From: Guillardia theta CCMP2712
Taxonomy: Eukaryota > Protista > Cryptophyta
Assembly: GCF_000315625.1 (NCBI RefSeq)
Contig: NW_005434576.1
Coordinates: 138,033-202,032, forward strand
Direction: 5' to 3'
DNA: 64,000 bases
This document shows positions 52,411-64,000 of the stretch, one piece after another. Each line of letters begins with the position of its first letter. Within the stretch, counting starts at the first letter, position 1. The position numbers and the translations under genes were made by a program. Below the pieces are notes generated by a model that saw nothing but the letters and a program-made list of their open reading frames with translations, was not told the DNA's origin and made no database searches.

Positions 52411-53058
52411 ATGTTATCATCAGAAACTTACCGAACAAGAAGAAATTTCTTCAATCAACTGACACATCCTCTTCATGGACAGATGTTCTGGTCAGGCGAT
52501 ACCTCTGACCTCCCCCAAAACTCTACTCTCTGCCCCACCGACCCCCATCAACAGGAATATCAATGCTTTCCTCACCTTGACGACCCCATCCCTCCCCTTC
52601 CCGACTACCGCCCGTCCTCCCCGCTCTTCTCCCTCCCTATCCCTCCCCTCGACTCCCTCCCCGACCAGCTCGTCTACCTCCCCCCGGACCCGCACGAGCC
52701 GCTGGCGGACTCTGAGCTCTACAGCTTCCTCGAACAGGATAGAGAGGGAGCAGGGTATGACTTGCTTGGCGATGTGCCACCTAGCACCCTGTCTGGCTCC
52801 TCCGCGTTGCCGATCGCCAACCCCGTGGCGGTACTTGAGACTGTGATGCCGGAGCCGAGAAGGAAGCGGGGGCGAGGGATGATCAAGCTGGGGGCGGGCT
52901 GGACGGTGATCCAGGGGGGCAGGATCAAGCGGCATCTGCCAACGGGAGAGGAAATCAGAGAAGCTGCAAGCAATGGAGGAGAGGTCGAAGAGGAAGGGAA
53001 GACTCCTTGTCAGGGTTTGAGGGGAGGGCTGGTGCAGCCGGGGTCAGCACGGCAATAG
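52411..53058 (+). CDS. Hypothetical Pro/acidic protein with basic RRKRGRG...WTVIQGGRIKRHL motif (member of a local repeat family)
   Basis: 215-aa ATG-started ORF. Its 3' part recurs at about 54711, 56110 and 57920. Confidence 0.35.
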   Translation: MLSSETYRTRRNFFNQLTHPLHGQMFWSGDTSDLPQNSTLCPTDPHQQEYQCFPHLDDPIPPLPDYRPSSPLFSLPIPPLDSLPDQLVYLPPDPHEPLADSELYSFLEQDREGAGYDLLGDVPPSTLSGSSALPIANPVAVLETVMPEPRRKRGRGMIKLGAGWTVIQGGRIKRHLPTGEEIREAASNGGEVEEEGKTPCQGLRGGLVQPGSARQ

Positions 53059-53467
53059 GACTCGGCGTACTGCTGATCATAGCTCAGGCATGCAGTGGAC
53101 GGCACGGTGAAGGTGGCAGGTATGTTGCGGGAAGCCATACCGACAAGGGCGATGACCGAACGATCGATAGCCAACGCACTGAGGATCACTTCAGGAGGCC
53201 GCTAGATGCTGCTGAGGCATAGAGGTTGCTATATGCTAAGGTGAATACATATAAAGATGAAAGCATGCCTCTTTTGAGCGATGTAATAATGTTCACTGGT
53301 GATGAGGAACGGAGCTCGAGCCTCGCTAGCATGTCAGCGTGCTAGCCGCAAGGAGTGGGCGTGGCAAGGACCTAGAGCCTAAAGGACAAGGCAGGCGGGG
53401 AGCATCGAAGAACTGAGACTGGCCGGCTAGAGCCTGATAGTCGGACAAGGCCTCACTCTTGGATTCA

Positions 53468-53626
53468 GTTTGACCTGCACTTTGACCTGCAATTTCAGAC
53501 TTCAGGCTTGTAGTTTCGGTCCTGCGGTTTGACCTGCACCGTTTGACCTGCCGCCGTGACCATTTGACCTGCGGTTTGACCTGCCGCAGTGCGGTTTGAC
53601 CTGCGGTTTGACCTGCGGTTTGACCA
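53468..53626. repeat. Imperfect array of about 9 TTTGACCTGC units
   Basis: The TTTGACC(TGC) core repeats at roughly 12-20 bp spacing. Confidence 0.85.
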
Positions 53627-55458
53627 TGGCAACATTTTAACTTGAAGGCCCGTATTTTTGATAGCATATCAACGGTCAAATTGAACAAGTTGGCGAGATA
53701 AAAAAAAAGACGGTCCTCGGCATCCGCCGTTCACCCCCCACTCCTCTGCGACTTCTTCAGCAGTACCCTTCATTGTTGTGACCTATTTTCTTCCCACCCC
53801 ACCCCCTCGCTGTTGCCGTGTAAACGGAAGTTCAGTGTCACGAGTCACCGGCGAGGCTGCCGCGTAGCCTTAGGAAGGGTCAACGACCACCCACCCCCAC
53901 CCCCACAAGGTGACCCCACACACCAACAAAAATCATTGAATTCCAAAAATTCGATTTCAATAAAAGTCCGCACATCCCCACTTTATTATTGACTCCGACT
54001 ACCCCCTGATCTTCCCTCAGAGTACCCTTTTCGCCACTGGGTGACCGCCGGCCCTCGTATCTGGCTAGTACCAGATACCGATTTTGCCCCCCACCCAGGG
54101 CCGTGACTCCCAAGGGAGACCGCCGGCCCCCGACTGAGAACTGCCATTTTTGGCGGCTTGCACGAAAAGACTCGATTTGCAAAATGAGGCAGCCAAGGGG
54201 TGGGGGTAGTCTCGGTGTCGCTTCCCCATCAAACTTATCAGCGTCTTTCCGTCAGCAGTATCAAAGGATTTTTTTGAGTATCTAGCAAATTATCCCTACC
54301 CCCACCCCCACCTCGGATTGACTTCACCCCCACTCTACCAACCTGGCTATAATCTCGCTTTCGCAGTGAGCCCAAGTCCCGCGATGATCGGATCCTCCAT
54401 GTTCGATCCCCTTGAAGGCGACTACGAACAGACGGTGAGGGAGGGAGAGGACCAGGCAGAGAGAAGAGGACCAGGCATAGAGAAGGAAAGGACAAGGAGC
54501 GAGAGAAAGTGGAGGGAGAGGGAGAGATTCCAGAGAAGAGGAGACATTTGATGGGAGACAAAGAAAGTGTAAGGGTTGCAGGGACTGTAGAGAGGTCCAT
54601 TGAGCAAGCGAAGTGAAAGGAAGAGAAACATCACAGACGCTGGTAGATAACGATCCTCTCGAGTTCGAGTCACCTCCTATGCCTTCCCTCCCCTTCCCTC
54701 CCCTTCCCCCCCGACCAGCTCGTGGATGATCAAGCTAGGTGCGAGATGGACGGTGATTCAGGGGGGCAGGATCAAGTGGCATGTGCGGATGGAAAAGGAG
54801 AGCATAGCAATGTACAAGCAACAAGTGGAGGTGAAGGAATATGACTATGTACTCATGTCAAACCACTAGGCTTTAAAATAGTGCTTGATGGCAGTAGTAT
54901 TGTGAGAAAGGCCATGTATGAGTGTGACTACATAGTAAAGATCAAAGCATACCAGTGCTGAGTGCATGAGTGCTATGCTTGATTAAATGCAAGGGAGGCT
55001 ACAGAGGCCCAAGGACTGGATCTGGATAGACATGTGAGGAAGCGACAAGCGAATGCATGTGAAAAGCGTATGGGGGCAAACCGGGGGGGATGAACTGGCT
55101 GGGAACCGGGCTGAGGTCAAGACTCGCTAGCAAGTTGTGGACGATGGCCTCCGCACGAGGAGGGTCGCTGAACCCCGTAGCTGTAAACTTCCGTCTTGCC
55201 CAACTCAAAGGCTGAAAGACCCGGCAGGACCCCCCGGGCCATCCGATTCCCCACTTTGAATCTAGCACATCGACATATCTCCCACCCCACCTCTTGCGTT
55301 CATCAGTGCCCTCTTGCCTAGGAGGGTCCGGTAGGTTCATCCCAACCCCCCCTCACCACCCCACCCCTCTCAGCCAAACAAACAAAAGGCGAAAGGACCT
55401 TGTAATGAGTACTTGTACCACAACAACCCACCCCTCGTCCCAATCACCGTTCTCGGGC

Positions 55459-55558
55459 AGGTAGGGGTTGTATTTATTCACGATAGAGGTAGGGGTTGTA
55501 CTTATTCACATTCAGGAAGGGGTTGTACTTTTTCACGATACAGGTAGGGGTTGTACTT
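55459..55558. repeat. About 27-28-bp minisatellite x4 (AGGTAGGGGTTGTACTTATTCAC...)
   Basis: Four tandem imperfect units. Confidence 0.85.
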
Positions 55559-55778
55559 CGGATCCCAGTGTACCCTTGTGCCTTTCAATCCTGACCCCCA
55601 CCCCTACCCCCCTAATTCCATGACACTTTAGTGAGCCTTGCCACCCATCTCACCTACCCCCCTAGCCACTTCCAATCAGTGACTTTCAACCCCCCCCGTC
55701 CCTTATTACCCCACCTGTTCCCTTTTCTTTCCTCTGCACTGAAGATCTCCGCTCTCCCTCCCTGTCCTCCCATGCTCT

Positions 55779-56354
55779 CTCCCACTCACGACCAACTCGA
55801 CCTCCCGGTGAGCCACTCCCCTCTCACATCGCAGCACGTACACCCTCGATCCCGCCTCCTCCTGTACACGCATCCCTCCGACTCTCCCATTCCCGCTCCT
55901 CCTACTTTCCTACACATCTTCCTCCCCATTACCCTGACCGCAGACTGCATTGACGACTTGTCTGACGCCCTTCCGAGCAGGCCCTGCTGACAGGCGACCA
56001 TGACGACCTACCCGCGGGACTTGCTTTCGCTCCTGACTACCCTCTCTACCTCGAGCATGACCTGCCTGTCGGCACCTTCCTCGACTCAGACCTCTTCCTC
56101 GACCCTCCCCCCCCGCTCTTCTCCCTCCCTATCCCTCCCCTCGACTCCCCTCCCCGACCAGCTCGTCTACCTCCCTCTTGACCCGCACGAGCCACCCTGT
56201 CTGGCTCCTCCGCGTTGCCGATCGCCAACCCCGTGGCAGTACTTGAGGCTGTAATGCCGGAGCCGAGGAGGAAGCGGGGGCGAGGGATGATCAAGCTGGG
56301 GGCGGGCTGGACGGTGATCCAGGGGGGCAGGATCAAGCGGCATCTGCGGATGGA
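55779..56354 (+). repeat. Repeat family copy 3 (near-identical to 57523-58241, partial match to 52609-52940)
   Basis: Shares CTCGACCTCCCGGTGAGCC...ATGACGACCTACCCGCGG...GATCAAGCTGGGGGCGGGCTGGACGGTGATCCAG with the other copies. Confidence 0.9.
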
Positions 56355-57522
56355 GGAAGAGGCGGTTGAAGGTGGGATGAATATTTAAGGTTGAATGAAG
56401 GAGGAACTGAGGTATGAACGTGCTGTTTCATCATCATACTGCTATGCCATCCGACTTAGTAAGATGACAAGGGAGGGAGAGTGAGAAGATTACGGGTCAG
56501 GAGAGCATTTTTCGAATCAGCAGGCAGATGAGGTGAGGACTTCATTTGGGAGAGGGGTTGTATTGGTAGAAAGAAGCCGTGAAGGAAGTCAGATATCCAG
56601 AAAGGCGAGGATAAGAGGAAAACAGCTGCCAGTGTGATGCCTTGGGAGCCTCATGTCATACACCAGCATGATCTCATTTCCTCTCTCTACCCAATCACCG
56701 CATAGCTTCCGGCAGGTCTTGCTGTCGCTGATCTGATATCCTTTTCTTCTGCGATTACACATCACCCCCACCCCCACTCGATCGCTCAGGTAGTCACGCG
56801 CGCAGGCGAGTTTCGTACCGGGCAACTCGTCCGTTACCTAACTTTTTTACCACCCTACCCCAGTGGATGGCCCTGCGAGTGAAAAGTGAAGATTTCAGGG
56901 TTGCGCCAACGGAAATATATCAGAGGTTATTTCGTCAGTTTATCCAGGACCACTACTACATTTTTCACTTAACATTATGAGACGCTGCTGCCCTACCCTC
57001 CTGTCAACTTCTGTCGTGAGGATGTAGCCACCCACCCACATTTCATTCGTATCCCCTGGTATCCCTGGGGGTGAGGGGTGGTTATAAAAGAGCAAAATGG
57101 GTCACATGGAGCAAAAGGGCAAAGGAGTTCGGACCTTTACCACACAGAGCTCTTTCCGGACCACCCCACCCTACCACCCTCCAGATGAGCTGAAGTAGTC
57201 GACATCGATGACCCCACCCACCCCAGTGACATGACCATTCTGCACCTTACAACTCTTTTTTTGGCTACCCACGGCCGTGAAGCATACGGACTACCCCATC
57301 CCGATCAGTGACAATCTCGAGCTGACACCACCCACCCCTACTTGATAGCGTTGATTGCACCAGCTCCTGCGCCGCTTCGGAGCTGCAAAGTTCTCATGAG
57401 CACCGACCCCACCCCCTCCATGCCCCTTACAATGACCCCAAGAGACCCCCACCCATCAAAAATACAAAATTCATACCCCCTCGACCCTACTTCAAGTGAG
57501 CCCTGGCACTCGCTCTCCCTCG

Positions 57523-58241
57523 CTGTCCTCCCATGCTCGCTCCCACTCACGACCTGAAACTCGACCTCCCGGTGAGCCACTCCCCTCTCACATCGCAGCA
57601 CGTACACCCTCGATCCCGCCTCCTCCCGTACACGCATCCCTCCGACTCTCCTGTCCCCGCTCCTCCTGCTTTCCTACACATCTTCCTCCCCATTACCCTG
57701 ACCGCAGACTGCATTGACGACTTGTCTGACGCCCTTCCGAGCAGGCCCTGCTGACAGGCGACCATGACGACCTACCCGCGGGACTTGCTTTCGCTCCTGA
57801 CTACCCTCTCTACCTCGAGCATGACCTGCCTGTCGGCACCTTCCTCGACTCAGACCTCATCCTCGACCCTCTCAAGCCTGTTTCATCCCCGCGCTGGTCT
57901 CCGTCTCCTACGGATGACTGCCCGTCCTCCCCGCTCTTCTCCCTCCCTATCCCTCCCCTCGACTCCCTCCCCGACCAGCTCGTCTACCTCCCCCCGGACC
58001 CGCACGAGCCGCTGGCGGACTCTGAGCTCTACAGCTTCCTCGACAACGACTGCCACGCTGACCCCGGCATACTGCCTTCTTCGAGCTACTCCGGCTTGCC
58101 TCCCCTCTCGCCAGCCTTCTCCGCGTCGACCTTGCAAGAGTCAGAGACGCCGAGGAGGAAGCGGGGGCGAGGGATGATCAAGCTGGGGGCGGGCTGGACG
58201 GTGATCCAGGGGGGCAGGATCAAGCGGCATCTGCGGATGGA
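57523..58241 (+). repeat. Repeat family copy 4 (longest)
   Basis: Same shared blocks as copy 3. Confidence 0.9.
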
Positions 58242-60200
58242 GCCAGACGAGGAGGGAGAATGCTGAGAGGGACTCATAGAGAAGGGGAGAGGACAGAGAG
58301 GAGCAGGATGGAAGGGGCGGGTAGGAAAGGATAAGTAAAGGAATAATATTGCCTGCTTCAGAGCATAGAGAAGAGGGAATGGAAGCATCATTTACGTTAC
58401 TATGCCAAGCAGACCATGACATGAAGTCTCTGTATCTCGGAATAATCACCGTCAATGGCGATTGTCTTGTAAGACCAACGACAAGCAAGACCAACGATTT
58501 CAAGGAAAAGGAGTCCGATGATAAAGGGAGAGAGGGGAGGGAATGCTGCTAGGTCATGTACCGGCATGATCTCGTGTCTGAATACCCCACCCCCTCTGAG
58601 GGGCCTCACCTTACAGTGCCCATTTCTGTGCATGTGACCCATCCATTGTCCGTGTAAAGGTAAAGGATACTCTACTACCTCAAGGTTGACCAGTGACTGG
58701 ACCCCTCCTCAACTTGCACTACCCGGCCCTCCCCGCCCCCCCCCACCCCTCCCTGCGCATCCCTAAAAAGAAAACAGAACTGAGGGCAGAGGAAGTCACG
58801 CTGGCATGGCGTTGTTCCTACTATCTCTGGGCCCGGGGGACGCGCCAGAAGTTATGATCGATCGGATAACCCCACCCCTCTCAGAGCCCAACCTGCATAC
58901 TATCATGCCGCCAAGTCCGTTCGATGCTACTGAGTAGGGTGGGGTGGGGGTCGAGTGACTGAACTTCGGGAAAATGGGTCTTGAGAATTCTTGTCCCCTA
59001 CCAGGCTACTGATGACCCCACCCTTCCTTCCGGCCCCTCACTACCCTGTACCGTACCGTGAAGGGTTCACACTGACTACCCTACCCACTCAGTGACTCCC
59101 GTGACCCTTCAAGACTCAATCGGCACTGAACTTATACCGCAGCTGTCCCACCCTTTCAGCTCAGTGACCGATCCGGGCGGCCCCCCGGCCCCGTGGGCAC
59201 CTGAGGACTATCATGCTACTACTAACGCCGAGAAGGACAGGCGCTCGGACTCAGGCTTTTACTCAAAGTTAAGATAAAATCAGTACGAGGACAATCAGGA
59301 GAGTCGAGGAGGCTTGACCCCGGGCCGGGCCCTGACACTGTCGCACAGGCCAAACGGCGAGAAGAGAAAGACAGCGAGAACCAAACCCAATCCTGCCGAC
59401 TGCTGTGCGGTCCCCCAAACTTAACTGATACCTTCACTTAACTGCGCTGACTCGCTGAGAGTCGGACCGGCGCCGGGTCGCCGGGACTCCGCCCAGGTCG
59501 GAAGCCGTATCGATGTACTAAGTTCGCCTGCCTTTCAACGGTATTCAATGATTGCCGCTGGGCCCGGCAGCCGCACTGCGGCTCACTGAGTCACCTGGCT
59601 GCTCACCTGGCGCAGACCTGGCGGCTCAGAGTCACTGGGCCCCGAGGTCATAGCGGGGACGCGGCCACTTTTCATCGCACATACAAGGGAAACATGAAAG
59701 GATACAGGAATGCGATGCAAGGAAGGGAGCGAGTAGAAGAGGAAGAGCGAGAGAGGGATAGACCCCATGGGAGGAAAGGAAGAGAAGAGGATGAAGCAGG
59801 GTAGATGCCTTGAGCGCAGCAAGAGCAAGTATCTTAGGCAAGAGCAGCGATGGAGAACGAAGAGGATTGGAGGACTTAACGACGTGGTAGGGAGCAGAGA
59901 GATGACGTACGTTGGTCTCGATAAAAACAATCATCCATGGATGTCGTGAACGAAAAATGACAAGAGGTAGAAGAGCACACAGACAGGACAAGAAAACATC
60001 AGACAAGACAAGCAAACATGTATCAAGCATGCTACGCAGAAGTTGTCTACAAGCTTTCAAGAGGTGATATTTTGATGTGCAGAAAGGCACAAGCTCTAAA
60101 TCTCTGAGTCCCCCAACATTCTGCATGAGAGTTCGACTAAGACAACGATTTTTCTCCTCCTCTGCAAGGATGAGAGAGTGAGGTGAGGAAACGACTGGCC

Positions 60201-63371
<3,171 letters not shown>

Positions 63372-63489
63372 ATGTGTCAACTGATCCAGAGAGGATGAGG
63401 GAGGTAGGGGAGAAAGGAGATATTGTTTTGCTGTAAATCTACTGATTTTCATGGGATAAAGAATAGAATTTTTGGGCTGCTTCCTTTTT

Positions 63490-63567
<78 letters not shown>

Positions 63568-63759
63568 AACTTTCCTCCCTCTTCCTCACACCTCAATATG
63601 TCACCTCCCCCCCCTTCTTGGAGGGAACAAGAAGCATCCAGCTCCTCAATGACTCTCCCCTCGTCTCCCCTCCCCTCCCCTCCTCCTGCTTCCTTCCCCT
63701 CTCCTCTCCTCTCCTCTCCTCTCCTCTCCTCGCTCTCTGCTATGCTCTCCTCTTGTCTC

Positions 63760-64000
63760 TTAATAGAAATATGATCCCTCGTTCCACAAACTCCGCGGGT
63801 TCTTTCGGTAGTTGGCAAACCCATGGGAGCTGTACAGGAGCTGAAGCTGCATATACCGCTCCCTGAGACTCAGTAAGCTCGGAATTACATTCCTCCTCCC
63901 TCCTCCCTCTTCCCCCCGATCAGGTATTTACCTCCCCCAGGAGGTTGATGGTAGGCTTTCACTCGAAGCCGTTGCAGCGCTCGCAAGAGGTAGCTGACAT
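63760..64000 (-). CDS. 3' end of an unidentified gene entering from the right edge
   Basis: A short GT-AG intron at about 63865-63931 and a terminal exon reading ...YMQLQLLYSSHGFANYRKNPRSLWNEGSYFY*. Confidence 0.35.

Noticed and set aside
53468-55558. Short repeat arrays as CRISPR
   Set aside because: The repeats are 10 bp or contiguous 27-28-bp units without unique 25-45-bp spacers. No cas genes, and the context is eukaryotic.

Overview
Intron-rich eukaryotic nuclear DNA, not prokaryotic. Short GT-AG introns, GAG/CTC microsatellite-filled introns and bipartite signal+transit presequences suggest an alga with a complex red plastid, probably a cryptophyte (Guillardia theta-like; inference). 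Most ORFs in the six-frame track are microsatellite artefacts, so gene models were spliced by hand. Recognisable genes: a scramblase-like protein, YIPF6, TMEM128-like, a signal-peptide Ubl-ubiquitin fusion, WDR47, RPS27, GNA1, a plastid-targeted YacP/Rae1-type NYN nuclease, and three large secreted proteins ending in tandem LysM domains (two also carry LamG). Three things stand out. (1) An 11.5-kb convergent pair of LamG-LysM paralogues is organised as nested near-perfect inverted repeats (162 bp outer, about 1.3 kb inner), bounded by an exact 24-bp direct repeat. (2) A head-to-head gene pair encodes a signal-peptide-bearing, compact triphosphate-tunnel (Cet1/viral-type) RNA 5'-triphosphatase and a signal peptide-LRLRGG-RRM-(Neuralized/SPRY) protein; both are candidates for periplastid/nucleomorph mRNA processing. 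(3) A gene-poor block at 52-59 kb holds four copies of an unknown acidic/basic ORF element. Three assembly gaps are present.
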